A stretch of 64,000 bases of DNA from Octopus vulgaris. Taxonomy: Eukaryota. The stretch is taken from assembly GCA_951406725.2 (NCBI GenBank), contig OX597818.1, positions 118,358,001-118,422,000 of the forward strand, read 5' to 3'. The position numbers and the translations under genes were made by a program. The notes under the pieces were generated by a model, which ran no database searches, was not told the DNA's origin, and was given only the letters and a program-made list of their open reading frames with translations. Positions 13,408 through 27,643 of the stretch are shown piece by piece (the stretch's first letter is position 1; the number at the start of each line of letters is the position of its first letter).

Positions 13408-13459
13408 GTCTCCGATGACGGGATATAATAAATAAATATTCTAGAAACAGCTGTAAGAC
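13408..13459 (+). ncRNA. Type-I hammerhead-like motif in a ~350-bp cassette between (TA)n arrays
   Basis: GTCT-CCGATGA-CGGGATAT..ATATTCTA-GAAAC AGCT GTA-AGAC; palindromic ACAGCTGT stem III. Confidence 0.65.
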
Positions 13460-14592
13460 CTATTTCTAAATGTTCTAATATCTACACAGCCTTGGTTTCT
13501 TTTATCACATTACGCAAGAAATTCTTATATATATATATATATATATATACACGCATATATAAATATGTGTGTGTGTGTGTGTGTGTTTCTGTATTTATAC
13601 CGGTATGTACGCGTGCGTGCATACCTGCACACACACGCTATCTTAAAATGAGATTGTAACAGTTGCAAAATATATTTCCGCTTTCTGATAATAGCTACGA
13701 TCACCAGTGAGCTGATGGTAAAGGATTTGCCATCTTATTCCAATAGTATTTCACAGAAAGACTAAATGATCGGCATATTCATTTTGTAGAATGATAATAT
13801 AAATGAAATCCCACTATTAATTTTATTTGACTTCTTTGTAACGATTATCAATTTAATTAAATCGTTCACTTAACAATTTTGCGGAAAACAGGAAAAATAT
13901 TTAAAATCAAAATTAATAGGATATAATTCGGTCCATTGGAATGGTTGTCTTAAATGATTGATCAAGCGTGCTACTAAACGTGTCAAATTCCTATCTGATT
14001 ACGTCAGTAGTAGCGGATTAGCTCAAATTTCATATTTCCACCCGTAAACATCATTATAGGTCGTCCTCATCATTACTCACATTTTCACCGTCATAATGGT
14101 CGACATCAAAGCTGCTTTTATTTTGTTGATCCCATTGTTATCATTACGAGTTAATGTAGTTGATAAAAACATGAATGGAGGAGGTTTTATTTTCATATTA
14201 CAATCTTGTTAAGGTTAGCGGGCCAGACGTCATTTATTTTGTTCTTGTTCTTGTTGTTCTAATTGTTGTAATAGCAATATTTTAAAACTTGATTCTCATT
14301 AGAATGAATGTAATCAAATCATTGACAATTTATGTGGACACCAGTTGACAGTAATTGATCAGTAATACCGACCCCAGGATGTGAGGTCATGTCGATTGTG
14401 ATTCATAATTTATACAATGTGAATAACATGTATGGAACCGGAACTAAACCCAGTACATCATTCCATGGAAGCGTTACATCCAAGTGATGCTGCTCATCAA
14501 TATATATGAGATCCCACACATAACACATATTCTAATGCCTACCTTACAAACGTAAAATAAGGATACGTATATATCCTAAATTTACACCTGTA

Positions 14593-15150
<558 letters not shown>

Positions 15151-15931
15151 ATATAAATTAGTGTACGTTTTTATACACAAAAGAGGTGGCTTTAAATTCT
15201 TATTCGTAGTTTGTTATAAAGAGTGCGTTTCAGTAAATCCCATTCAAGATTTTATGATTGATAATATATACATCGATACGGTAACGAAACTCAACAGGTG
15301 TGTTCTTATAATCCTAGTAACTATGTTTAATATTTACCTATTCTGCTCACAGCACATTTCGTTAAATAAAATTGAGTTTATACAATTTAGAAACTTTCAT
15401 AAGGAAAATTTAATTACTTTTATAATAAATATAACACTTCACATGAAATGAACTGTTTGCAGTCTACGCACAAAGGGTTGCAAAAACATCGAATATTTTC
15501 GTCTGTTAGACAAATAATTTTAATTCTCAAATAATTTCATAAAATAAGCAGTAATTTCTGAAGAGGAAGTCTGTTGCAGACACTTTCACATAATAGCTAG
15601 CATAGAAGTTTGTACTGTCACAAATGGTTTCTATGATTTTAGTATGCAATTATATTCCTATTTTACTCTTAAATTCGCAAATACTAAATTTAAATTTCAT
15701 GAATAAAAGCAAACAGATATATTCACACTCATATTTATGCAAACAAACACGCGCATATGATATTTGATATTCTCAGCAGAAACATGAAAACGGAAATTAT
15801 AGACAACATGCTGTTTCCCCAATGTATATCGTGTATTCAACGTACTTCGTTACCGATTACGGGTTCTTGCGAAAGCTTAGATGTTTTGTTTGTATCTCTT
15901 TACTTGTCTGTAATTAGGGATTGTATTAACG

Positions 15932-15975
<44 letters not shown>

Positions 15976-16218
15976 TATACATATATATATACACAGACAC
16001 ACGCATGTTTATGAATGTATGCCTGTGTGTTTCTGTTAGCGCGTATGTTCATTTCTTGAATATGTACTTAATTATTTCATAGACAATCGATGTTTTTTTT
16101 ATTCAAAGTCATCACTTCTGCGTTCATTAACTGTTTATTAGCAAACTGGTGAAAAAATAAAATTCTTGTTAAACATTCAGGTGAGTATTGGGAGTCTTCC
16201 ATTGAAATCAGTAGCAAA

Positions 16219-16620
16219 GGCGGTGAGCTGGGAGAAGCGTTAACACGCCAGGCGTAATACCTAGCGGTATTTCGTCTGCCGTTACGTTCTGAGTTCAAAT
16301 TCCGCCGAGGTTGACTTTGCCTTTCGATAAATTAAGTACCATTTCCGCACTGGAGTCGATATAGTCGACTTAATCCGTTTGTCTGTCCTTGTTTGTCCCC
16401 TCTGTGTATAGCCCCTTGTTGACAGTAACGAATTAGCTATTTCGTCTGCCGTTACGTTCTGAGTTCAAATTCCGCCGAGGTGTACTTTGCCTTTCATCCT
16501 TTCTGGGTCGGTAAATTAAGTACCAGTTACGTACTGGAGTCGATGTAATTGACTTAATCTCTGTGTCTGTCCTTGTTTGTCCCCTCTATGTTTTGCTCCT
16601 TGTGGGCTATAAAGAAAAAA
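16219..16620 (+). mobile_element. SINE family B, full copy plus tandem partial copy
   Basis: GGCGGTGAGCTGG head; TATTTCGTCTGCCGTTACGTTCTGAGTTCAAATTCCGCCGAGGT occurs twice. Confidence 0.9.
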
Positions 16621-17610
16621 GAAACTTCCATTGAAATCAGTAGAAACCTTCTAAAACCTAGTGATATACTTTTATTGGAAACAAAGACATTTCACGGCGT
16701 AGTTTCTGTTACTAAGATTTGGTGTTGCTCATTTCAGAAGAATAACGGAGATGAAATGCTTTTGCAAATAACGCATATAATATTTTTTCATTGAAGCTTA
16801 AAACCGAGGCGTGTTCAAGAAAATAATCTTATACACGCACGCAGTAGGAAAAAAGATGCATTTAAACTGAATCCATTTATATATAAGTATTCGATAACAA
16901 TTATCTAATGTTTAATATCATTATATAGATCAAAATAAATCATTGGGTACTTGAAGTAAAATATCTTGGCAAATAAGATATAATTACTAGAAATCGACAA
17001 GTATGAATTAATTACCGTCAACAATTATTTCATTTTTAAAGATTGGACGGTGAAGCAGATTTCTTTGAAATCTTATTAAAATTCGCACTGACTTCATATT
17101 ATTCTAGTCACATACTTGACTTTACAAAAGCGAACTAAATGGATTTTTAATATAATTTTTCATTGTTAAATGTGAGTGCACACTTTTCCACACTTCCTCA
17201 AATGTCAATGGCGGTTTTGTCTCGCTTCATTCTACATATTTATGTGATTCTGCATTTCAACACAAACATCAAAGTAAGACAATATAACGCTCGAATACGT
17301 ATAGCTTTGAAACACTCTTCAAAAACATCATAAAGAATTATGAAACGAAGAATTAATGTATTGTGCTTATACGAACACACATATCCACTGCAAATATCCT
17401 TACATGCGTGTGTGCGTGTGTGTGTATGTTTTGATATGTATGTATATATATATGTGTGTGTATTTATATATATGTGTGTATATATGTATATATATATATA
17501 TATATATAAATCATATTATTGTGTCTGGGGAGAGTCATTCTGTTTATTGCCTTAACAATTAACACACACACACATCGGTTTGATTTCCACTCATTTACTT
17601 TTTCTCTTTT

Positions 17611-17814
17611 CTCTTTTACTTGTTTCAGTCATTTGAATGCGGCCATGCTGGAGCACCGCCTTTTTTTAGTCGAGCAAATCGACCCCGGGATTTATTCTTT
17701 GTAAGCCCAGTACTTATTCTATCGGTCTCTATTGACGAACCGCTAAGTGACGGGGACGTAAACACACCAGCATCGGTTGTCAAGCAATGCTAGGGGGACA
17801 AACACAGACACACA
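17611..17814 (-). mobile_element. SINE family A, 3' half
   Basis: Reverse complement of the 3' half of 41356-41750. Confidence 0.9.
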
Positions 17815-18686
17815 TTTTTTCTAACATATTTATTTTTTCTTTACGTAGAAGTAGCGAAAAGTTTAGAAAAAAAATTAGTAAATGAGTGGAAATCGAACCA
17901 TTACGTGTGTTAATTAATAAGGCATTAAACAGAATGACTTGCCCTATGCACAATAAAATACGCTTCAACAGATGAATTCACATAAAGAACCTTGCAAACC
18001 AAACACAAAAACGAAACAGTTAGACATACTTAGTATGCCCTTTGCTTAACCTTAATCCTTCAGTTACTTAATGATTTTTTGAGGGTTGCAATCGCCTATA
18101 TTATTGATTCTGTTATTATCATTATTAAATTGCTACACTAGATAATAAAAGAGTCAAGAGTAACTTCGCAACTTATTTTTTCGTGTATTATTTTTCTCGT
18201 GAATTATTTTCTCCGTATTGAAATTATTTTCACCCTGGTAGCTGCCAAGATTTCGGCGCAAAGCGAATCAGTTGCAGTGCACACTTCAACCCGACAGATT
18301 GAGGTTCTTTTTCGTGGTAACGCGTACTGAGGAGGGTTAGGCTATGATTTCATTTCAGAAACCAGTCCACTTGTGACCAAATACATGAATGTATGCTGAA
18401 AGATTGTCTTAGTCATTTTGCCTTACGGCAATAGATTATAACAGAGTCAATTATATCTGATAGAATATGTTAGTGAGGAAAGCAAGTTTTAGAAATAATG
18501 TTGAGCACAATATTGTGTTTCATGTACCAAAGTCGCTGTACTTGCCTACTGAATTATTTCATTAGAGTACTTCAGGTATTTCAAATTATGTATAATAGAA
18601 TATGTGTGCGAGAGAACTTTGCTGGTTTATCTTTCCACTGAAAGACATTTGTATCTGACTAAATGATATTATTTCGTTTACCGTTA

Positions 18687-18860
18687 TTTCGTCAAACTTC
18701 TGAGACCTCATCAGTGGTTCTTTGCTTTCTTTCTCTTTTATGTGTGTCTTTCCTTGCAAAGGATGAGACAAAATAGCTGATCCTTAGTAAGGAAAGACAC
18801 ATACAAAAAAGAAATAAGAAAGCAAAGGACCACTGATGAGGTCACAGAAGTGTGACGAAA
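18687..18860. repeat. ~80-bp-arm hairpin (inverted repeat) with hammerhead cores at both outer ends
   Basis: 18687-18764 is the near reverse complement of 18780-18860; loop 15 nt. Confidence 0.9.
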
Positions 18861-18871
18861 GTACTCTGGCC
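18827..18871 (+). ncRNA. Minimal type-I hammerhead ribozyme, canonical core
   Basis: GGACCA-CTGATGA-G-GTCAC AGAAGT GTGAC-GAAA-GTAC-TC-TGGCC; palindromic AGTACT stem III and CUC site. Confidence 0.8.
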
Positions 18872-21429
18872 GAAATACAGTTAATATGAAATAAAGCTGA
18901 AGCAAATGCACACCAAATCTATAGTGCGTTTGTTTTTATTGGCTTACCTGGCAACATGACCATCTCCAAATACAACAATATACGTTTCAACACACGTATT
19001 CACATCCAAAATTTGCAAACCGAATATATAAACGTAACTTATTATTTTCATTTTTTGATCTTTTACTCACGAAGTTCGTGTTTCCTTCTTTAGACTGCGA
19101 CCATGCTGGGAAACAGCTGTGAAGAATTTTAGTCGAACGAAGCGACCGTGTTCCTTATGTATTAAACCTGGTAATTATTCAATTATTCATTTTACAGTGT
19201 TATCAATTTGTTTACTATTTTTCTCCAAAACTTTTTTTTTTGTAAATCTGTTAATCAAAATCGTTCAGTTATTGTAAATATTATCAAAATATTTATATAG
19301 CAAATTTAGAACAACGTTATAGTTGTAGACACTGTTAATTCGACTAATCCACAACTTCTTTTTCTTCATATCAAAAAACAACCAATATTTCTACAATTTC
19401 TCATACGTTCATGATTTACATTCTCAGTTAAATATCATAGTGGGACACAGAAAAACATCTCCGGTACAATACTGACACTGGTTTGTATAATTCACCATTA
19501 CATACCTAGATGCGCTGTTCTATATAATACACATCTACCATATACATATCTACTCTATTTTGAATACTTCACCGATATCAATTTTAGGTTCACTGCAGGC
19601 AACAGAAAATATTTCCTGACATAAAAAGGGAGTGGCTTTTTCTTGGATCTGATATTTCAGAAGCTCTCCTTTTAATTTACCTATTCTATACCCGCTCAAA
19701 GCTCTCTACCAGTGGATGAATTCTGCTGAGGAGAATTCAGAAATGATCCTATATGGCCTATCTCATCCAATATTTTTACTTGAATTCTCATCAGTTCCAG
19801 CGTTCAAATTACCCAATAAACTTAATGAAATACATGGCGTTTTCTAAAATAATATTTCTGTTTACGATGAAATGTGCCGTAACATCATCACAACCATCGA
19901 AGCTAGCTTCATTTAAGTTTTCGTCCGGATAACTATTAACGATACTGGCACTCTTGTTTCAACCAACCATACTGTTATCAACCTATGTCTGTATCTGGTA
20001 CTTTCTGATCAGAGGTGCGGCGTATTTTAATTTACACTATCTTGACAGACATTACCCACTAAACCAGGGCCTTTTCATACTTCTACGTCCTATCTCATAG
20101 AAAGATCCTTGCTTCCAGTTCAATCCGTAACCAAGCATATTAAAATCATATGCCTAACTTGTCACTGCCAAAATTATAATGAAGAAAATTGAAGGCCGCT
20201 TACTTAGTTCAAAATTAATTGTAATTTGACATTTTAGAGGCTCAGCGAGACCCCTTTTCGAGTGCCGTTCTGTGGTTTTATATCAAATGAATTACTTTCG
20301 TGCCTGTTAACTACACTGCTATTTTGCAAGTTTGCAGACTCTATTACATAGATTGCATTTATTTTACGGATCTCAGCTGGATGAATGTCAAAGTTTACTT
20401 CGTGGATATTGAGAAAGAAATACGATGGGAATGTAAGAAAAACAAGGTACTTTTTGCTCATGTTCTAACGATTATACCACATAAAATCCTATAATAGCAA
20501 CACTAATAATACCACGGCTAAAATGATAATAATCACAGTATATTTGTATTAATTAGATAAAACATATTTTAATGGCAGTTAACGCCTATAACTAGCAGAG
20601 AATATGATCATTTATACGATTCCAGCTGCGATAGTTTTACAACGAAGGATAGAAGAGACAAGGGTTGGATTTATGTGGAAATGCTTACGTGATGATAACA
20701 CATTCAGGAATCAGATGCCGTCACCTGCTCAAAAATGTCAATTCCAAGCTGTTTACTAAATAAGGGTGTGGCTTTGCTTCATGTTTATGTTTCTTTTTGA
20801 TTTATTTTTCCTCTATTTTTTTTTGTGTAATTTCCCTTTTCTGTACCAATAATATAAATTTAATTGTTGTTTCATGTAATAGATTTACAAACCAATTTTC
20901 CACGGTTATGACTTAAATTTATATATGCATATACTAAGGCTACAGAAGAAATAATTGTCTTCCAGATATGTATACATACATTTAAATATTAAGAGATTTA
21001 AAGAAAACACTCACACAAGAGGCCTAAAATTTTCACACACACATACATGCATACATGCATACATATACGTGCACACAGCACTCAAAACACACTAATACCA
21101 AAGATTATACAAGCATCAATGCACACATTGACATAAAAAGAACACACCCAGGTTAATTCACACGGGGATAGAGGCAGACAAATTCTGCTCTCAATAGTAA
21201 ATATACTAATACATAGAATGCAAAATACACGTATAAAAATTAGTATATCCTTCACTTTAGGCATATTAGATACTGAACAAAAAGTTGCACACAAACTGAC
21301 ATGCGTATTGTCAGAATAATTTGCTCATTCATAAAATTATATTAAGTGCATGGAAACTTAAAATTAGAAGAGTATAAGTCAGCCGAATGCCTGCAAATCA
21401 TGTTGGCTCCTTAAAATTGCATGCAATGC

Positions 21430-22016
21430 TTTACTCTTTTGATTTTCTCAGTCATTGGGCAGCGGCCATGCTGGAACATCGCATTCTAGTATTCGTCAAA
21501 AGTGACCCTACTACATATTTTTAATCTGGTATTTATTCCGTCAATGTCTTTTGCAGAACCGCTAAGTTATGAACTTGCATGCAAACCAGCACCCGCTGTC
21601 AAGTGGTGTTGGAAGGGGCCAAGCACAAACACGTGGCGAGCTGGCAGAAACGTTAGCACGCAGGGCGAGATGCGTAGCCGTATTTCATCTGCCGTTACGT
21701 TCTGAGTTCAAATTCCGCGGAGGTCGACTTTGCCTTTCATCCTTTCGGGGTCGATTGAATAAGTACCAGTTACGCACTGGGGTCGATATAATCGACATAA
21801 TCCCTTTGTCTGTCATTGTTTGGCCACTCTAAGTTTAGCCCCTTGTGAGCAATAAAGAAAAAAACAAAAACGTATGTACAGACAGATGGCTTCTGTAGAC
21901 TTCCTTCATTTGCGTGGATTTAGCCGATTTTGCATTGAACAAATACACTGAAGGACGTAAACACACCAGCATCAGTTGAGAAGCGATGTTGGAAGGGGAC
22001 AAACACAGACACACAA

Positions 22017-22050
<34 letters not shown>

Positions 22051-22241
22051 GTATATATATATACGTATATATATATATAAAACGGGCTACTTTCAGTTTC
22101 CGTCTGCCAAATCCACTCACAAGGCTTGGGTCGGCCCGAGGCTATAGTAGAAGACACGTGCCAAGGTGCCACGCAGTGGGACTGAACTCGGAACCATGTG
22201 CTTGGTAAGAAAGCTACTTACCACACAGCCACTCCTATGCC
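21430..22241. mobile_element. SINE cluster: family A 3' part (-, ~21430-21630), family B (+, 21635-21860), family A (-, 21953-22241)
   Basis: Matches to the family motifs described for the other copies. Confidence 0.85.
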
Positions 22242-23347
22242 TTTAACTTTATTTTTCTTAAGCAGTTCATTGTAAAAACAATTCCTCTTTTCAGCAGTGG
22301 ACTCCAGCCATTCTTTGAATCATTTCGTACCGAGCCGCTTAGATTGCACTTTGAAATTCATTATTAGCAATGTAAGCAGTATTTATTCAAAATAGCATGC
22401 TGTATATCTTGCTTAATGCGGATATCCCGTAAGAAAGCCACAACACTGCGTTACTTTTGAGAAAGCAACGCGGATAGACGTACGCTGTTCAAAAAGCGCA
22501 GACATATGAAGAGCATAGGAAAAGTGTCAGCAGCGGCAATGTAATTGGCAGATACAATATGTCTTCGCATTTGTGCTGCATTGCTAACGATGATGATACG
22601 CCTCCGTTTCTGATAGATGCTATTACAAGGCGAATGCCGTAGGGTAATGGCTTCTGACGTTATAACCACATTAAGTAACATATACAGAATGTTATCATAC
22701 TCTTAATTTCATCTCACTCTGCAGGGTATTGTTGTATGATGTACGTATTATATATGTAGAGAATGCAAAAATCCTAAAATACTTCCAGTAATTACTGTTA
22801 GTCGAAATTTGCTAACAATCTAATCAATACAGGTTGAATTGGATTGGACTTGGCCATCAGCTCCGACAGCTCTGTTCGTTCACAAATTATTGTTTCATTT
22901 AATTTTAGAGACAATTAGAAAGACATTTGGTTTGTTAATTACCTATTTAAACTCTGCTGATTAACGTTAATCTGTTCATTATTTTGCATATACGATACAC
23001 TGCTGATATGTAAATTTGTTTTAGGTCATTTACAATCGAATTTCTCTTTCGATTCTGTTATTAAGAATGTGTAAAATAATACACCAATTGCTCAAAACCT
23101 GAATAATTATATTTTATAATGAGCGATCTAATATGAATCACGGCTTAATACTACAACTATACAGCATCAGGGCATTTAATGAAGTGAATGATTTTGCAGT
23201 TTCTTTCGAAGAGAACCCATGTCTCATGCTACCAAAGATTTCCTGTAAAATTCGACCTGTGTATACCCAGTTTTTTGGTCCAATCAAATTGTAATGTAGG
23301 TGGGGAATCTTAAAGACTATGGTTTCCTCTCCGGCAAAACTGATGCA

Positions 23348-23418
<71 letters not shown>

Positions 23419-23494
23419 TAATAATAATGATAATAATAAGAAGAAGAACGACAACAACAACAACAGCAACAATAACAACAACAACACCAATAAT

Positions 23495-23526
<32 letters not shown>

Positions 23527-23552
23527 CGACAACAACGCAGCAACAACAATAA
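23348..23552. repeat. (AAT)n/(AAC)n trinucleotide microsatellite
   Basis: Seen directly; lies immediately upstream of the R4/Dong-like fragment. Confidence 0.95.
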
Positions 23553-23799
23553 CTTACATGGGAGAATAGGGAAACAGCTTAAGGATGCCCTGAATGGATG
23601 AGTAATAACAGATTTGATGAGGGAGAACAATATTCCTTACCAAAGATAAAGGCAAGGGTAAAGGACTTAGTAATTATAGACCAATCACTCGCTTACAATT
23701 TGTGTGGAAGCTGTTAAAAAGGAGTGCTCTCTGAAAGCAGTTACGAGCCAGAATTTACAACCAGAAGGCTGCAAGAAGTCTAGAGGAAAACACGATTTA

Positions 23800-25090
23800 C
23801 GAAGGGGCGTTCTATAAGTAATGCCCCTGACCCACTTTCCATAGCAGTAGAGCAACGAAACTTGGCACAGTTATTAGTCTTTTTCTACATAGGAACCACC
23901 CAGAGTTACGCATTTCTCCCATTGTTTGTTGCAGCTCTGGAGACCGTTTTTGTAGAAGGACCCAGCTTGGGCCTCCAACCTCAACGTGACTTCAGAAATC
24001 AAGGCTGTATCATCTGGGAAACGCTTTCCTTTCAAAAACAACTTCATGACTGGGAAGAGGTGAAAATCAGAGGGTGCAAGGTCAGGAAAGTAGGGGGATG
24101 GGGGAGGAGTGCATAGTCATACGCCTGTGCTTCTGATCTGGCGACAAGCGAGTTGTGGACCGGAGCGTTGTCCTGCAAGAGGAGGATGCCTTTGCTGATC
24201 TTGCCCCGCCTCTTGATTTTGATAACTTCTCTTAATTTCCTCAAAAGGGAAGCATAATAGGCTCCTGCAATTGTGGTACCCTTTGCCAGGAAATCTGTCA
24301 ACACTACTCCGTCCTGGTCCCAGAAGACTGTGAGCATGACCTTGCCAGCGGAGGGCTGCACCCTTGCCTTCTTTGGAGGGGGTGAGTCACGGTGCTTCCA
24401 CTGCATTGACTGGGCTTTGGTCTCTGGATCATCGTGATGGACCCAGGTTTCATCCTGTGCAATCAGTCTTTTGAAAAATTTTGACTCATCTTCTTGGTAC
24501 ATCTCCAAATTCACCCTCGAGCACTTGACGCTTTCTTGCTTCTGGAAAGGCGTGAGCAACCTGGGAATCCATCTGGCAGACACCTTTTGCATATGCAAAT
24601 GGTTATGAATGATAGTTTCCACAGACCCGGTTCTAATCTTGACCTCATGGGCTATTTGGCGAATAATTATGCATCGATCTTCCAAAATGGCAGCCTCAAC
24701 TTGACGGACAGATGCCTCATCAATGGCAGAAGGGGCGACCAGATCTGGGAGCTGTTTCCACAGAGTTCCGACCATGTTTGAATTCACGATGCCAGCGTTT
24801 TACAAGGTCATATGATGGAGCATCATCACCATAAGTTACTTTCATTTCATCAAAAGTCTCCCGTGGTGTGCGTCCTTTCAAATACAAAAACCGGATCACT
24901 GCTCGACACTCAACAGGCTCCATTTCACACTTGACTCGGTTCAAACACCTGTAAAACAGAAACCACAATTAATTCAGAGCTGTAATTTGCCACTTACCCT
25001 ATAGAGATATAAATGATTGTACATGCAAAATTTCAGCTAGATCAAACAATGGCAAGTGTGTCAGAGGCATTACTTATTGAACGTCCCTCG
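23800..25090 (-). mobile_element. Full-length mariner DNA transposon (~1.29 kb)
   Basis: TIRs CGAAGGGGCGTTCTATAAGTAATGCCCCTGACCCACTT and AAGTGTGTCAGAGGCATTACTTATTGAACGTCCCTCG; TA duplication at 23798-99 and 25091-92. Confidence 0.96.
23874..24923 (-). pseudogene. Mariner DD34D transposase with two frameshifts (~24735, ~24100)
   Basis: MEPVECRAVIRFL...RSGRP, WIPRLL, QDETWVHH, QDNAPVH and HPP/YFPDLAPSDF motifs; 34 residues between the 2nd and 3rd Asp after frameshift repair. Confidence 0.95.
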
Positions 25091-25939
25091 TATTATATAT
25101 TGACAGAGCAGTTCTAAATGAAGAAAGATCTAGAAAGAAAAGTTTAACAATAACATGGATAGATTATAAGAAAGCCTATGGTATGACCCCCCCACACACA
25201 CACAGTCTTTATAGCGCTAACTTTTTGACAAAATACAGCCTCTCTTGAAACTTCTACAGTATTGTGATTGCTCGAAGATCACAGATATAATTCACCGCTG
25301 TTTCTTTCTTCTTTCTTCTTCCTTCTTTATTTATAGCTTTATCACCCAAAACCGAGTATAGTTAAGAAAGTGAATGAAACCAAGTAAATGAATGCGGCAT
25401 GCTAGCAAAGAAAGTATACAAGAAAGGACATGATACCCTGGGGAGAATAATAGTCTGAGAGTTATGTAGAAAGCTAGAGTTTGAACAGACTGATAAATGG
25501 CGTGAAAATAAATTTTGTAAAGTGCTAGAAAGCAAGAAATATTCGATGTTGTGAGATGTTAACTTTCAGACTGACTGAGTAATGGACGCTGATATAGTAA
25601 TAATAGACAAAGAGAATAGAAAGTGTCAGATAATTGACTTTACAGTCCCAAATGGTGAGAAAGTTAATTTGTGAAGTATAAGGAAAATAGTAAAATACAA
25701 GGACCCAACTCTTGCGTTAGAGAGTCTACAGAAAGTGTGAGTGAAATGTATACCTGTAATTATATGTGCATTAAGAATTATCCCTAAACATTTAAACAGA
25801 CTGAAAGAGAAATAAGAATAAAACCTAGCTTAGTGCCCCTCCGGAAAACAAATTTATTAGATACTGCTAGGATACTTAGGAGAGTTCTCGGGATCTAATC
25901 TTCCTTATTGTACATTTAAAAAAAAAAATTTCTGTACAG

Positions 25940-26180
25940 CAATTAAATCTGTTGCTGGTGGTTCCTTCGGGACAGTATGAGAAGGCGTCAAAGAGGAATA
26001 GAAAGGATATCGGAATAGAGTGCCCGGGGGAATTGTTACAAAAGGTTTTCATTCTTGGTACGCCGAGAATAATCAGCAAAGTATCAGACAGTTGAAAATA
26101 ACAGAATTCATGGTACCATAGGCTGCAGGCAGCAGGTCCGCTACGCATGCAAGACTCCAGGACGTCCAGAAAAAAAAAAA
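25940..26180 (+). mobile_element. Second R4/Dong-like 3' terminal fragment
   Basis: GSFGTV...IGIECPGELLQKVFILGTPRIISKVSDS* parallels the LQK..LLGTARILRRVL terminus; followed by a short UTR and an A tract. Confidence 0.6.
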
Positions 26181-26244
26181 CTGGAAATATAAAGAAATAG
26201 CATTGATAATGATCCTTTCATAAGGACTGCAATTTTGTTAGATT

Positions 26245-26538
26245 TTTTACTTGTTTCAGTCATTTGACTGCGGTCATGCTGGAGCACCGCCTTTAGTCGA
26301 GCAACTCGACCCCAGGATTTATTCTTTGTAAGCCTAGTACTTATTCTATCGGTTTATTTTGACGAACCACTAAGTTACGGGGACGTAAACACAGCACCAT
26401 CGGTTGTCAAACGATGTTAGTGGGGGACAAACACAGGCACACAAACATGTATATATATATATGTATACATATATATACGGCGGGCTTCTTTCAGTTTCCG
26501 TCTACCAAATCCACTCACAAGACTTTGGTCGACTCGAG
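26245..26538 (-). mobile_element. SINE family A, 5'-truncated, followed by (CAT)n
   Basis: Reverse complement match to 41356-41750. Confidence 0.9.
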
Positions 26539-26572
<34 letters not shown>

Positions 26573-27643
26573 CTCATTATCACCATCATTACCAACACCA
26601 TCACCATCATCATCATTATTGTTACATTATTTTTTTGAAGTAGCTTCAAGCACATTGGCTATTACCAGTTTGAATTGAGTAACAGATTTCTCACTTCAGT
26701 TGATTTCAAAACAGAAATCTTGGAACCGCCTACCTTTTCCCTCATGTATGTCGGTAACGCAATTTTGATGGTTTAGACGGAATTATCTTAGTCCGTTTTC
26801 GTTTATCTTAATTTTACTTTCTGTCTGGAGGAGCAGGAAGGGCCCACTTCCCAACAAGATAACAATGAAGAAAAGTGTTGAATGTTTATAAAAGAGCCAC
26901 TTTAAAATCACAGGCAACAAGATACACAATGACAAAAGGAGAAATTATTGCAATTTTATCAAACGTAAACATGAATTTACAAGACGGCGACAAAAGCATT
27001 ATCTGCAAAAAGCAATATGAAGTTTTAATTCGCTTAATACTAAGTTATTTGAAACGGCTTCTGGCTGCATGATACAACCTTGGTAATTTGAATAGGGTTA
27101 AACTGAAAATTTCGGAGATTTCATGATATTTGTTTTAAACAGCAGGTTGAAAAGCCTCTAAGTTATTCCACAAAATTCGAATGGCTGAAAACTATATAAC
27201 AAAGAGGATTAAAATATTGCTTAATATCGGAGAAAGAAATACGGCAGTAATATGTCTTTAATATTCCTCACGTTCCTCTTTATGCGAGAAATATATCAGA
27301 AACATGCAGCAAAGAAAATAACGTTTATTGGCAGACGTATATTTGGTTCGCAAATTCCTCGCAAAAAGTCTGCCGGAGAAATCGTTAAGTGAACATTGAA
27401 CTCATATATTCTCTCTTGATATAATGAGACTATCTGTGAATGTGAAATTGTTCTTCAACAGGGAGAACAAGGGGAAAAGAACATGATGAGTTGGGGTCTT
27501 GTACCTACAAACTCCCAGTTGCTCCGACGAGAATAAACGCAAGTGTGTGGGGGCGGTCCTTAGTGAAGGAAATTATTAGAATTAACTGATGCGTGCTCAC
27601 AATATATGGGTAACCATTGAGCGTCATGATGTTCTATAAATCA

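Larger units (their letters stand above)
23560..25898 (+). mobile_element. Decayed R4/Dong-like non-LTR retrotransposon (RT start plus restriction-like endonuclease C-terminus), interrupted by a mariner
   Basis: KDKGKGKGLSNYRPITRLQFVWKLL...SRGKHD|LLYIDRAVL...WIDYKKAYGMTP (RT) and ECGMLAKKVYKKGHD...FQTD...DIVIIDKENRKCQIIDFTVP...KYKD...LLDTARILRRVLGI* (RLE); many stops and a large internal deletion. Confidence 0.82.

Noticed and set aside
19430-20170. Possible decayed LINE endonuclease (LGNLNAG resembling GDFNA) on the minus strand
   Set aside because: A single weak motif among many stops.
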